Shown here: positions 39,553 through 49,601 of the stretch, in pieces
Position numbering within the stretch: the stretch's first letter is position 1
Layout: the number at the start of each line of letters is the position of its first letter
Source of the DNA: Abditibacterium sp.
Lineage (GTDB): Bacteria; Armatimonadota; Abditibacteriia; Abditibacteriales; Abditibacteriaceae
Direction of reading: 5' to 3'
Length of the DNA stretch: 64,000 nt
Assembly: GCA_965199495.1 (NCBI GenBank)
Contig: CBDASK010000003.1
Location: forward strand, 1,472,001 to 1,536,000
The notes under the pieces: model-generated
Database searches by the model: none
What the model was told of the DNA's origin: nothing
What the model saw: the letters and a program-made list of their open reading frames with translations, nothing else
Program-made: the position numbers and the translations under genes

Positions 39553-39625
39553 AGCGGAAGACGAGACTCGAACTCGCGACCCTCACCTTGGCAAGGTGAT
39601 GCTCTACCAACTGAGCTACTTCCGC
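39553..39625 (-). tRNA. tRNA-Gly (GCC), CCA not encoded
   Basis: GCGGAAGTAGCTCAGTTGGTAGAGCATCACCTTGCCAAGGTGAGGGTCGCGAGTTCGAGTCTCGTCTTCCGCT. Confidence 0.97.
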
Positions 39626-39640
39626 GTTAGGGCACAAACA

Positions 39641-39669
39641 ATTTTACGGCGAATCCGGCGGCTTGTCAA
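39641..39669 (-). promoter_or_regulatory. Sigma70 promoter for tRNA-Gly (and perhaps tig-clpP)
   Basis: TTGACA-N17-TAAAAT on the minus strand. Confidence 0.85.
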
Positions 39670-39777
39670 GGGCCAACCGCAATTTATTTTTCTGTGCTGA
39701 TTTTTTCATTTATCTAAAGCCCCATTTCCCCAATTCTGAGAAACTCATGGTTAACTCTAATTTTTCGTCGCGCTTCC

Positions 39778-41130
39778 ATGTCCCTCTCCGAATCAAACGA
39801 TTTTGCTTCCAATTCGCTCCAGCCGCCCGACGAAGAGACGAAGGTTTTGCGCGCGCGTTTGCGTCAGCGCGAGCGCCAAATCGAAGCGATTCGTTCGGTT
39901 TCCGAAACCCTGTTTTCGCACGATTCCATCGAAGCGATGCTGGAGGAAACATTAACTTTAGCGATGGAGACGCTTGACGCGGGCGTGGGCGCGGTTCTGC
40001 TCTACGAGGCCGAACGCGACGCGCTGGTTTTTCGCTGCGCTTTTGGCCCCGACGCGCACCAACTTCTCAACCAAACAATCGGCACAAATCAGGGCATCGC
40101 CGGGCGCGTATTTTGTAGCGGCCAGCCCAACCTCACCCCCGATGCGTCCAGCGAACCGGATTTCAACAGCGAACTTCACCACGCGATTGCGACGCGCACG
40201 CGCTCTATCGTGACCGTGCCGCTCAAGCGGCGCGGCGCGGCGCCCATCGGCGTGATGCAGGCGCTCAGTTTCGAGACGGCCTACGACAATTACGATTTGG
40301 AAACCCTCGAAATTATCGCCAGCCAAGCCGCCATCGCCATCGAAGATTCCGAGCGCGAACAACAGACCCGCAAAGCCGCGATGGTCTCGTTCATCGGCGA
40401 TTTGTCGCACGACATCAAAAATATGCTGACGCCGATTCAAACCGGCATGTGGACGCTCGACCCGATGCTGCGCCAGATGTTTGACGAACTCGAAACTGCG
40501 GCCAAGGATTTGACGCCAGAGCAACGCCTGGAAATCGAAAAAGCGACGCACCTCACGCGCGGCGAATACGAGTGGATGCTGCAAAACGCGCTCGATGCCG
40601 CCGACCGCGTGCAAAACCGCACCAAAGAAATCGCCGACGCCGTCAAGGGTATTTCGTCGCCGCCACGCTTCGAGGCTGGCGACTTCAACGACGCCTGCGA
40701 AGAGGCCGTGGCTGCCCTGCGCCTCGTCGCCCACGACGCGCAGGTTGAACTGGAACTCGAACTCGATTCCAACTTGCCGATGGTGCAGTTCGACCGCAAA
40801 CAGATTGATACCGCGCTTTATAATCTGATTAACAACGCGATTCCCGAAACGCCTGAAGATGGCACCATCCTAATTCGCACGCGCGCTTTTATCCCGGAGC
40901 CGGATAAATTTACCGTCGAAGTCGCCGATACCGGCAAGGGGATGCCAGCTAATGTGCGCGAAAAACTTTTCACCGACGAAGCGATTTCGACCAAAATTGG
41001 CGGCACCGGTCTGGGCACGCGCATCGTCGGCGACATCGTCAGACGCCATCACGGCACAATTAGCGTCGAAAGCGTCGAGGGCCAAGGCACGACGTTTACG
41101 TTGATTTTGCCGATGAAACAGGGTGGATAA
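39778..41130 (+). CDS. Cytoplasmic GAF-domain sensor histidine kinase
   Basis: GAF domain, LSHDIKN H-box, NLINNA, DTGKG, GTGLG. Confidence 0.92.
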   Translation: MSLSESNDFASNSLQPPDEETKVLRARLRQRERQIEAIRSVSETLFSHDSIEAMLEETLTLAMETLDAGVGAVLLYEAERDALVFRCAFGPDAHQLLNQTIGTNQGIAGRVFCSGQPNLTPDASSEPDFNSELHHAIATRTRSIVTVPLKRRGAAPIGVMQALSFETAYDNYDLETLEIIASQAAIAIEDSEREQQTRKAAMVSFIGDLSHDIKNMLTPIQTGMWTLDPMLRQMFDELETAAKDLTPEQRLEIEKATHLTRGEYEWMLQNALDAADRVQNRTKEIADAVKGISSPPRFEAGDFNDACEEAVAALRLVAHDAQVELELELDSNLPMVQFDRKQIDTALYNLINNAIPETPEDGTILIRTRAFIPEPDKFTVEVADTGKGMPANVREKLFTDEAISTKIGGTGLGTRIVGDIVRRHHGTISVESVEGQGTTFTLILPMKQGG

Positions 41131-41163
41131 TTACGCTTTATTAAATCAAAATTTGCATTCCAA

Positions 41164-41324
41164 GGCTCATTTGTCATTTCGAGCGAGGCACGAGCCGAGA
41201 AATCTTGCGGCCCCGCGCCAGCGGAGATAACGCTAAATCTTCAACTGTCGAAATTTCAGACTTCCGCTGGCGCGGGGCCGTAAGATTTCTCGGCTCGTGC
41301 CTCGCTCGAAATGACAAATGAGCC
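41164..41324. repeat. GTCAT..ATGAC palindromic REP-like element, copy 1
   Basis: ggctcatttgtcatttcgagcgaggcacgagccgagaaatctt.. and its reverse complement. Confidence 0.88.
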
Positions 41325-41361
41325 ATAATGCGCGAGTCTTCTGAACCATAAACCAGATCGC

Positions 41362-41778
41362 ATGTTAGCCCAATTTCTGCTGCCGATGCTCTCGGCGAAA
41401 TTCGGCGACGACGCTTTTGCGACGGGCGATAATCCCCTCGTCACTTTCGCACCCGCTCACGTCGCTGTCGGCGAATTGCGCGTCTTTGAAGTGGGCCGCG
41501 AAGGCCGCATCGAAATTGATAATTTAACGCACGGTCATTTTTACTCGTTCGGCACTTACGCGACGCCAGAAGCAGCCACGCGGGAGTTAGCCGAGAATTT
41601 ATTCGATTTCATTTGCGATCTTTTCGCGGAAAAATATATTTTGTGGCGCGCCAAAAATGACGGTTCCGGCGGCTGGTTCTACCATGATAACAGCGAACCG
41701 CTTGATTTGCCTGTGGCTGCCGACAACGCCGATTGGTTTTTCTGGTCGGGGCCGATAACAAATATCCAGGCTGTATAA
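41362..41778 (+). CDS. Hypothetical protein
   Basis: ORF with plausible codon usage; no motif recognised. Confidence 0.6.
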   Translation: MLAQFLLPMLSAKFGDDAFATGDNPLVTFAPAHVAVGELRVFEVGREGRIEIDNLTHGHFYSFGTYATPEAATRELAENLFDFICDLFAEKYILWRAKNDGSGGWFYHDNSEPLDLPVAADNADWFFWSGPITNIQAV

Positions 41779-41872
41779 AGCGAGTTTTAGCGCTCTCTAC
41801 AGGGAAACGTGGCAAAAAACCGGAAAAAGTGGTAATTTGTTTTCGTCCCCTTTTTACAATTCGGTGCTTTCT

Positions 41873-43015
41873 ATGCTAATTTCCCAACAGTTCCGCGATC
41901 AATATCGCGTGCAGCCAACGTTTAGCGTGCGCTCGCCGGGTCGCGTCAATCTTATCGGCGAACACGTTGACTATAACGATGGCTTCGTTTTGCCGATGGC
42001 GATTCCACTCCAAACCGAAATGGCGTTGCGCCCGCGCGACGACGGCAAAGTCGTGTTGCATTCGCCTTTGTTCAAAGAGTCGCGCGAGTTCTCGCTGGCG
42101 AATCTGAGCAAACAGGACAACTGGATTGACTACGCGCAGGCCGTCGCGTCCGAAATCGCGCGCGAAGGCATCGAGATGCACGGGTTCGAGGGTGTCGTGA
42201 TGTCGAATTTGCCGTTGGCATCGGGCTTGTCGTCGTCGGCCTCGTTTGAAGTTGGGGTCGCCCTCGCATTTTTGCATCTGGCGAACGTCGAAAAATCGCC
42301 GCGCGAAATCGCGCTACTCTGCCAACGCGCCGAGAATAATTTCATCGGAGTTCAGTGCGGCATCATGGATCAGATGGCCGTGGCTGCTTGCACCGCTGAC
42401 CATGCGTTATTGCTCGATTGCCGCGATTTGGCGATGCGACAGGTGCCGTTCAAACTGCGCGATCACGCGATTGTCATCACCGATTCGGGCGCGCCGCGCG
42501 AACTGGCTTCGAGCGCCTACAATGAGCGCCGCGCGCAATGCGAGGAAGGTCTGCGCATTATGCGTAAGCAGGTGCCAGACGCCAAATCGCTGCGCGACGT
42601 TTCGCACGACGAACTCGACGAAATCGGCAGCGAAATGTCGTCGGTCGTGCGCCGCCGCTTGGAACACGTCATCGGCGAAATCGAGCGCACGCAACTCGCG
42701 GTCGCCGCGCTGGAAAAGGGTGATTTGGAAACGTTTGGCCAGCAGATGAATATGTCGCACGCTTCGCTGCGCGACGATTACGAAGTTTCGAGCGCCGAGT
42801 TAGATTTCCTGACCGATTGGGCGCGCCGCCAACCCGGCGTTTTGGGCAGCCGCATGACGGGCGCTGGTTTTGGCGGTTGCACCGTCACGCTGATGGAAAA
42901 ATCGCGCGCCGACGCGTTTATTCGCGGCCAAATCGCCGCCTACGGCGAAGCGATGAACCGCCAAGCGCGCGCGTGGGTCTGCGAGGCGGTTGACGGCGCG
43001 CAAGTGTTGGTTTAG
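41873..43015 (+). CDS. galK: Galactokinase
   Basis: PGRVNLIGEHVDYN, GLSSSAS, CGIMDQ, RMTGAGFGGC. Confidence 0.96.
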   Translation: MLISQQFRDQYRVQPTFSVRSPGRVNLIGEHVDYNDGFVLPMAIPLQTEMALRPRDDGKVVLHSPLFKESREFSLANLSKQDNWIDYAQAVASEIAREGIEMHGFEGVVMSNLPLASGLSSSASFEVGVALAFLHLANVEKSPREIALLCQRAENNFIGVQCGIMDQMAVAACTADHALLLDCRDLAMRQVPFKLRDHAIVITDSGAPRELASSAYNERRAQCEEGLRIMRKQVPDAKSLRDVSHDELDEIGSEMSSVVRRRLEHVIGEIERTQLAVAALEKGDLETFGQQMNMSHASLRDDYEVSSAELDFLTDWARRQPGVLGSRMTGAGFGGCTVTLMEKSRADAFIRGQIAAYGEAMNRQARAWVCEAVDGAQVLV

Positions 43016-43031
43016 AAGTTTTCCAACAGGG

Positions 43032-43067
43032 AAAAAGGACGAACGCAAAATAGCGCTCGTCCTTTTT
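43032..43067 (+). terminator. Intrinsic terminator
   Basis: AAAAAGGACGAACGC...GCGCTCGTCCTTTTT. Confidence 0.7.
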
Positions 43068-43127
43068 GTTCGACGCGGGCGCTCAACGCGAAATTCGATA
43101 GCAAGCGGGGAGTTAAGTTGACTGCGT

Positions 43128-43311
43128 TAGGATTTACGCATTTGGCCCACGTTTGTCATTTCGAGCGGAGCCGAGAAATCTTACGCCCGCGCGGCAGCGC
43201 AGTTCGAGCGTTTTCCACATTCAAAGCTTTCTGCGACTTCCGCTGGCGCGGGGCCGAAAGATTTCTCGGCTTCGCTCGAAATGACAGGCGAGCGCAACTG
43301 AGTAAATCCTA
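43128..43311. mobile_element. MITE-like element: 13-bp TIRs enclosing GTCAT..ATGAC element copy 2 (43154-43286)
   Basis: TAGGATTTACGCA ... TGAGTAAATCCTA, flanked on both sides by TGCGT. Confidence 0.72.
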
Positions 43312-43377
43312 TGCGTAAACCGCAAATTTTTATAACTCTATTTCATATCTCGCGTAAACTGCTGCATTCCCGCTTTC

Positions 43378-44493
43378 ATGTCCACTTTTCATCCGCCGAT
43401 AGCGTCCGAGGCCAGCGCGAAAATTTCGCTTTCGCACGCGGACATTCGCGATGCGATTTGCCAAAACGCGGGTTTTGACCGCGCGTTTGTCACCATGAAT
43501 GTCCTCGCGGCGATTGTGGCCTGTTATGGTTTGTTGGCCGATAGCGGCGCCGTCGTGATTGGCGCGATGATTATCGCGACTTTGTTGGGGCCAATTTCGG
43601 CGTTTTCGCTGGCGATTGTGGATGGCGAACTGGCGTTGCAAAAGCGCGCGCTGTTGGCGCTGTTGGGCGGAATATTATTGGTGCTGGGCATTTCGTATCT
43701 GATCGGCTGGGTCAATCGCGATGTGCCGCTGACGCACGAAATCAGTTCGCGCACGGCGCCGACGATTTTGGATTTGGCGATTGCCGTGGCGGGCGGCGCG
43801 GCGGGCACTTATGCCACGATTTCGCGAAAATTCAGCGCCAACCTCGTCGGCGTGGCTGTAGCCACGGCGCTGGTGCCGCCGCTCGCCGTTGTCGGAATGT
43901 GTCTGGCGCGCGGCTTAAATCAGATGGCGTTGGGCGCGGCGATGCTGTTTGGCATGAACCTGTTGGGCATTCAAGCGGCGTCTTCGATTGTGTTGTGGAT
44001 GAACGGTTTCCACCAAATCATCTCGCAACGACAAAGCGGCAAACGCCTGCTCGCGCGCAACTTGGTCAGCCCGCTCCTTATCGGCGCGCTGGCGGTTTCG
44101 CTTTCGGTGAGCTTTTATCAAACGCTGGCGCAGCAACAGTTCGAGACCCAAGTGCGCGACAGCTTGAAGCAAACGCTCCGGCAGTATCCCGGCGTTTACA
44201 TGGCCGATTTGCGCTTTGAGGCGCCCGACGAGTTCGACTCGACCAATCGCGTGATTTGCGTGGTGCGCTCGCCCTACTCGCTCGGCCCCGACAAAGTGCA
44301 ATTCTTGCAAGACCATCTGCCCAAAGCCGATGGCCAGCCCATCGAATTGCACATTCGTTCGGTGTTGACCAGCGAAGTCACGACCAAAGGTTACGTCCAC
44401 CAACTGCCCGCAGAAAAAGCCGAAGCAGCAAAAGCAAAAGAAGCGGAAACGGAAGAAATCAAACAAAACGAAACCGCTCAAAGTGAAGATTAA
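43378..44493 (+). CDS. DUF389 membrane protein
   Basis: [33 protein letters not shown]. Confidence 0.87.
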   Translation: MSTFHPPIASEASAKISLSHADIRDAICQNAGFDRAFVTMNVLAAIVACYGLLADSGAVVIGAMIIATLLGPISAFSLAIVDGELALQKRALLALLGGILLVLGISYLIGWVNRDVPLTHEISSRTAPTILDLAIAVAGGAAGTYATISRKFSANLVGVAVATALVPPLAVVGMCLARGLNQMALGAAMLFGMNLLGIQAASSIVLWMNGFHQIISQRQSGKRLLARNLVSPLLIGALAVSLSVSFYQTLAQQQFETQVRDSLKQTLRQYPGVYMADLRFEAPDEFDSTNRVICVVRSPYSLGPDKVQFLQDHLPKADGQPIELHIRSVLTSEVTTKGYVHQLPAEKAEAAKAKEAETEEIKQNETAQSED

Positions 44494-44534
44494 AACGAAG
44501 CGAGCGCTGGTTTCAAGCGTTAGATTGGATTGCG

Positions 44535-45320
44535 ATGCTTTCCCGTGACCAGCGCCTTTCGAGCGCGCAATTCGACCGCGCTTATGCCAACAGCCTGAGC
44601 GTGCGTCATCCGCTCGTGGCGCTCAAAGCGCACCGGCGCGACGACGATTGCGACGACGATTGCGACCAAGTGCGCGCGGCGTTTGTGGTGCCCAAAAAGC
44701 AGGGCAAAGCCGTGCAACGCAATCGCACGCGGCGGCGTTTGCGCGAATGTTATCGTTTGCACGCCCGGCGCGACGATTTAACTGGTTGCGATTTAATTTT
44801 TCTGTCTACGCCCGCCACGCATACAGCCACGGCGACGCAAATCAACGACGCCCTCGACGATGTGTTGCGGCGCATGAAACGTAAATTGGGCGAAACGAAC
44901 GGTTCCAATTCGGGCGGTGCGTCGCGGGCGAATGCGTCCAATCGAAATGATGCGGCGCTTAAAAACACGGAGCCGCAACCCGAATTGGCGGAGTTGAAAA
45001 GCGCGCAAACTTCGTTATTTGCGGCGATTGCACTCTCTGTTATTCGCTTTTACCAACGATTCATTTCGCCCGGTTTGCCGCCTTCGTGTCGTTTTTATCC
45101 GTCGTGTTCCCGTTATACTTACGGCGCAATTGAGCGCTTCGGCTTGCCCCGTGGCTTGTGGTTGGGCTGCTATCGCGTGTGCCGTTGTCATCCGTGGAAC
45201 GCGGGCGGCATAGACGAAGTGCCCGCCCAATTTCCCGCGCTGCAAAGCGTGAAAGCGCGCTCAATTGAGAAAACCAAAGCATTCTTCGCGCGGCGCCGTT
45301 TCGATTCCCCACGAAACTAA
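44535..45320 (+). CDS. rnpA-yidD: Fused RNase P protein (RnpA) and membrane insertion efficiency factor (YidD)
   Basis: [14 protein letters not shown] (RNR motif), then in the same frame [22 protein letters not shown]. Confidence 0.9.
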   Translation: MLSRDQRLSSAQFDRAYANSLSVRHPLVALKAHRRDDDCDDDCDQVRAAFVVPKKQGKAVQRNRTRRRLRECYRLHARRDDLTGCDLIFLSTPATHTATATQINDALDDVLRRMKRKLGETNGSNSGGASRANASNRNDAALKNTEPQPELAELKSAQTSLFAAIALSVIRFYQRFISPGLPPSCRFYPSCSRYTYGAIERFGLPRGLWLGCYRVCRCHPWNAGGIDEVPAQFPALQSVKARSIEKTKAFFARRRFDSPRN

Positions 45321-45424
45321 CGGCGCCGCAGTTGCGTTCAAGACATCTACAACACGGATAAATCATCATAAACAAAGAACAGATTTCTTTGTGCGCTTAG
45401 TTTTTATCCTTTTCCTTTTCCCCG

Positions 45425-47113
45425 ATGAATCAACAAAACTCGCAAAGCTCGCAGATATTTCGCTTTTTACTGCTGGGATTGGCCGGATTCTTTTTATGGA
45501 ATTCGTTCAACCAGAAAAAAAACGAGAAGCCGGCAGTTCCGCCGCGTCCCGCCATCAAGCTCCTCGAAGCGTTCAATAATATCGCGCCTTCGCAGGGCGC
45601 TCCGCTCGACAAAACCGCCGCGCTCGCCGAAGTTGATCGGCTCGATAAGCTCGTCGCCGTCAACCCCAAAGACGAAGTCGCGATGTGGGCGCACCTGCGC
45701 ACCGGCCTGATTCAGCAATACATTCTGGGCGACCTCAAGCCAGCCACGCGCAAGGGCGGCTTTCTGGGCTTTGGCCCCACGGTTACTTATTATCCGGCCT
45801 ACGATGAAGTCGTACACAACTCGGCCAACGACGACATCGAAGCGCAGGCGCTCTATCAAACCGGCGATTTGCAATGGCGCGAATCGGTCGCCAAAAGTCC
45901 CGATAAAAAAGCCTCGTCCGAAGCCATCACCGCGTTGCAGTCGCTCATCACCAAAGGGCGCGGCGCCTCGGCGTTTCTGGACACCAGAATTTACGTGCCC
46001 CGCTCGGAGTTCGCCGACAAACCCGCCGATCCGCGTCTGGTTGCGCTAACCGGCATTCCGGCCCACGGCTTTACGCGCGTCACCGTGCGCGACCTGCACG
46101 GCACCGTCGCTCAATCTAACCCGGCGGGCATCATTGACCGCGTTGACGCGTCGTTCCAAGACTCAAAATACTTCAAAGTCTTCGATATGATGGTCGGAAT
46201 TTTGGGACGCAATCCAGCTTACTCTTACGGTTTGGCGATTCTGATTTTCGCGGTCTTCACGCGCTCGATCATGCAGCCGATTTATAAGAAGCAGTATGAA
46301 AGCATGAAGGGCATGGCCGTGATTGCGCCCGAAATGAAGAAAATTCAGGCGAAATATAAGGACAACAAAGACCCATCAGCGCAAGTGCAGATGATGAAGG
46401 AGATCAAAGCGACGCAGGCCGCGCACGGCGTCAATCCGTTAATGGGTTGCTTTCTGGCAGGGCTTCAAATGCCGATCTTCTTCTTTGTCGTCTACCCGAT
46501 GATCCAGCATTACGAGCCGCGCATGGAACTGGTCAACGCCTCGTTTTTGTGGATTCACGCTCTGGCGCGCCCCGACATTCCGCTCCTGATTCTCTACGGC
46601 ATCTCGATGTTCTTCTCGTTTCGCCTGTCTTCGACGCCGCCCGCCGACGACATGCAGAAGCAGCAGCAGATGATCATGTCGTTCGTGATGCCGGTGATGT
46701 TTCCGTTCTTTTTGATCTCCTATCCGTCGGCGTTCACGCTCTACTGGATGACCTATAACGTGCTTTCGACGATATTCCAATGGAAGTTGATGAAGCAAGC
46801 CGACCCGACCAAAAATATGCTGCGCACGCTGACGGGCGCCGATCTATTGGCGGCCAATCCGACGGCGGACGCCGTGCCCGCGCGGCCCGAAAAAGAGGGC
46901 ACGGTTTCGGTCGTCAAAAAAGAAAAGCCGTCTTTGTCGAGCGGCAAATCGGGATTGGATTTGGATAGAATCGCAGGCAGCAACGGCCATCTCAATGGCG
47001 GCGCCCAAAACGGCACCAACGGTGACCATCACGCGGCGCCCGAAGGTTCGGTTTTGAAGTCGATTTCGAGCGAAACCAAACGTGGCGGGCGACGCGGCAA
47101 GAAAAAACGGTAA
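45425..47113 (+). CDS. yidC: Membrane protein insertase YidC
   Basis: PEMKKIQAKYK, GVNPLMGC..QMPIF, SFLWI, LYW; follows yidD. Confidence 0.92.
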   Translation: MNQQNSQSSQIFRFLLLGLAGFFLWNSFNQKKNEKPAVPPRPAIKLLEAFNNIAPSQGAPLDKTAALAEVDRLDKLVAVNPKDEVAMWAHLRTGLIQQYILGDLKPATRKGGFLGFGPTVTYYPAYDEVVHNSANDDIEAQALYQTGDLQWRESVAKSPDKKASSEAITALQSLITKGRGASAFLDTRIYVPRSEFADKPADPRLVALTGIPAHGFTRVTVRDLHGTVAQSNPAGIIDRVDASFQDSKYFKVFDMMVGILGRNPAYSYGLAILIFAVFTRSIMQPIYKKQYESMKGMAVIAPEMKKIQAKYKDNKDPSAQVQMMKEIKATQAAHGVNPLMGCFLAGLQMPIFFFVVYPMIQHYEPRMELVNASFLWIHALARPDIPLLILYGISMFFSFRLSSTPPADDMQKQQQMIMSFVMPVMFPFFLISYPSAFTLYWMTYNVLSTIFQWKLMKQADPTKNMLRTLTGADLLAANPTADAVPARPEKEGTVSVVKKEKPSLSSGKSGLDLDRIAGSNGHLNGGAQNGTNGDHHAAPEGSVLKSISSETKRGGRRGKKKR

Positions 47114-47306
47114 AATAGAAGCACTTCATTTTGTCGTGTTCGATGGTTTTCCCCGAAGAACGAAGAAATTGACGAGCATTATGTGTCCTAAACTGGCTTT
47201 CAACTTTCTGTTTTTCATCTGGAAGAAATTGCACGCCGCTTTTGCCCGCTAATTTTTTCTCACTGCGCGGATGAAATCGCATAAAACCGACAAAGCCCTA
47301 AAAACA

Positions 47307-48338
47307 ATGTCCCCCAAATTTAGCCCGATGCGCTTTACCGCCGCGACCGAAGAGGCCGCGATTGAAGGCGCCCTGCAACTCGTGGGCGCCGCGCGCGACG
47401 AAATCAGCTACGACTTCATCTCGCAAACCGCCAAAGGCGTGACGATTCGCATTCGCCCATTCGAGCCGGAAACCGAAGCCGACCAACCCGCCGTGGCTGC
47501 TACGCCCGTCGAGGTTGAAACGGATGATGAAGACGAGGCCGATGCGCCGCTTCACATTGATTCGATGCACGATTTCGACGATACGAATGATGATGCGGAC
47601 AGCATAGTGGACAATGCAGCCACGGCGGACGACGACGATGAAAGTGACGAAGAAGAAAACGAAGATTCCGACGAGAGCGATTCGGATGATGAACTCGATT
47701 TCGACGCGTCACTGGAACTCGCCGACGACGAATACGATTCCGATGATGAAGACGAGGACGAAACAGACGATTTTGAAGAACCAGAGATCGAGATTGACGC
47801 CGAAATGTTGGAACGCGCGTTGACCTTAGCGCGCGCGATGCTCGATAAAATGGGCTTGGATGCGCAGGTTTCGCAAGGTCAAGCGACGGCGGCGGACATC
47901 GTTCCGATTTCGATTGAGGGCGCCGATGTCGGGATTTTGATCGGCAAGCATGGCGCGACGCTGCAATCGTTCCAATATTTGATGAATTTGACGCTGAACA
48001 ACAAGGGCGAAAACACCATGCGCGTTTCGGTGGATGCGGGCGATTATCGCGCGCGTCGCCAGGAATCATTGGAAGCCGTCGCGCGCGGCGCGGCGCAACG
48101 GGCGCGCCGCGAAGGTCGGCCCATCAAAATGGAGCCGATGCCTTCCAACGAACGCCGCATCGTTCACGATATTTTGCAATCCGAACCCGGCGTTTCGACC
48201 CAGAGCGAAGGCCGCGAGCCGTATCGTTGCGTCATCGTCGCGCCCGGACAGAGCGATTATAGCGGCGCTCACGATAATCGTAGCCGTCGCGGCATGGGCG
48301 GCTACACTCGCGGGCGCGGCGGACGCAATCGTAGATAG
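47307..48338 (+). CDS. jag: RNA-binding protein Jag/KhpB/EloR (KH + R3H) with acidic linker
   Basis: LIGKHGATLQSFQ (KH), ERRIVH (R3H); start uncertain (47271 or 47307). Confidence 0.9.
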   Translation: MSPKFSPMRFTAATEEAAIEGALQLVGAARDEISYDFISQTAKGVTIRIRPFEPETEADQPAVAATPVEVETDDEDEADAPLHIDSMHDFDDTNDDADSIVDNAATADDDDESDEEENEDSDESDSDDELDFDASLELADDEYDSDDEDEDETDDFEEPEIEIDAEMLERALTLARAMLDKMGLDAQVSQGQATAADIVPISIEGADVGILIGKHGATLQSFQYLMNLTLNNKGENTMRVSVDAGDYRARRQESLEAVARGAAQRARREGRPIKMEPMPSNERRIVHDILQSEPGVSTQSEGREPYRCVIVAPGQSDYSGAHDNRSRRGMGGYTRGRGGRNRR

Positions 48339-48406
48339 AAAAGAATGAATAACAAAGGATAAAATTTGCTCCGTCATTTTTTATCCTTTAATTTTATTCT
48401 TTCCCC

Positions 48407-48862
48407 ATGTTTCCCAAACTTCCGCCAAAAAAAACGAAAAAACGTGCGCCCGATAGAGCCACGGCGCGGCGCGAATTTTTGGCGCTCAAGCCGTTGCGTA
48501 ATCCGAACCTGGGTTGGGAAGAAGTCGAAAATCGCGTCGTTTTGCGCGTGCCCCGGCCCGATACGTGGCAGGTCAAAATCGTCAACGTTTTTTTTCCCGT
48601 GCCCGAAGAGCGCAAAGTCGTGCTCGATCCCATCGGCAGCGACGTGTGGCGCGCGTGCGACGGCCAAACTACAATCGCTGACGTAACGAAGGTTTTGCAG
48701 CGCGAATATAAATTGGGCGCCAAAGAAGCGGAACTGTCGCTGCAACAATTTTTCAAAGACCTCGGTCGCCGTGGCTACATCGGCTTCGCGATGCCGGTGA
48801 AACAAGGGGATAAGGAACAGGGAACAAGGGACAAGGAGCAGGGAACGGAGGACAGGACGTAA
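48407..48862 (+). CDS. PqqD-family (RRE-like winged helix) protein
   Basis: LDPIGSDVWRACDGQTTI..FFKDLGRRGYI. Confidence 0.75.
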   Translation: MFPKLPPKKTKKRAPDRATARREFLALKPLRNPNLGWEEVENRVVLRVPRPDTWQVKIVNVFFPVPEERKVVLDPIGSDVWRACDGQTTIADVTKVLQREYKLGAKEAELSLQQFFKDLGRRGYIGFAMPVKQGDKEQGTRDKEQGTEDRT

Positions 48863-48916
48863 AATCGAAATTGGCAGCAAAACCCTTGTCCCTTATTCCC
48901 TGCTCCTTGTCCCTTA
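48801..48916. repeat. Inverted heptamer arrays; left array translated as the C-terminus of the PqqD-like ORF
   Basis: aaggggataaggaacagggaacaagggacaaggagcagggaacggaggacag ... ccttgtcccttattccctgctccttgtccctt. Confidence 0.8.
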
Positions 48917-48941
48917 GAATTCGCTAAACTCTCCAATTCCA

Positions 48942-49544
48942 ATGGCTGCAATGAGTTCTTCGCCGCGCGTCGAGCGGCAAATTTCCCTTCCCTTTAATCA
49001 GGCGTTCAAAATCGCGTTGCGCAACATCACGATTCGTCTGGGTCGCGCCATGATTACCGGCGCGGGCACCATGCTTGGTATCGCGTTTTTGATGAGCGTT
49101 TTCGCCGCCGGATTGGTTTTGACGGCCAAAGGCGTCACGCCCAGCGCAGCCCAATCGCAAAAATCGTTGTGGCTGGTCATCATGTCGCTTTTGGTGTGTT
49201 TTGTCGGCATCACCAACTCAATGCTGATGAGCGTAACCGAGCGTTATAAAGAGATCGGCACCTTCAAATGTCTGGGCGCATTGGATAATTTCATCATCAA
49301 ATTGTTCTTGATCGAATCGGGTTTGCTCGGTTTTTTCGGTTCGCTGGCGGGCGCGCTTTTAGGTTTGATTTTCGTGTTGCTCACCAATTTGGGCGTCGTT
49401 ACCAGACTCGACTGGAGCCGCGTTTTGCTTTATCTGGGCGCGTGCATCGTGATTGGCACCCTACTTTCGATTGGCGCGGCGGTTCCACCCGCGTTTCGCG
49501 CCGCCAAAATGCAAGCTGTTGATGCGATGCGTTCGGAAGTTTAG
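48942..49544 (+). CDS. Short FtsX/MacB-type ABC permease
   Basis: GITNSMLMSVTERYKEIGTFKCLGA. Confidence 0.88.
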   Translation: MAAMSSSPRVERQISLPFNQAFKIALRNITIRLGRAMITGAGTMLGIAFLMSVFAAGLVLTAKGVTPSAAQSQKSLWLVIMSLLVCFVGITNSMLMSVTERYKEIGTFKCLGALDNFIIKLFLIESGLLGFFGSLAGALLGLIFVLLTNLGVVTRLDWSRVLLYLGACIVIGTLLSIGAAVPPAFRAAKMQAVDAMRSEV

Positions 49545-49601
49545 TTTCGCACTCTGGAAACCTCGATTAAGTTTTTAGTTTTCAACTCCAATTCAAATAT
49601 C

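Noticed and set aside
39470..39625. tRNA-Gly as an integration site
   Set aside because: No integrase and no duplicated tRNA 3' end nearby; tig follows directly.
47520..47800. GAY/GAR-rich low-complexity tract
   Set aside because: Encodes the acidic linker of Jag; not an independent repeat element.
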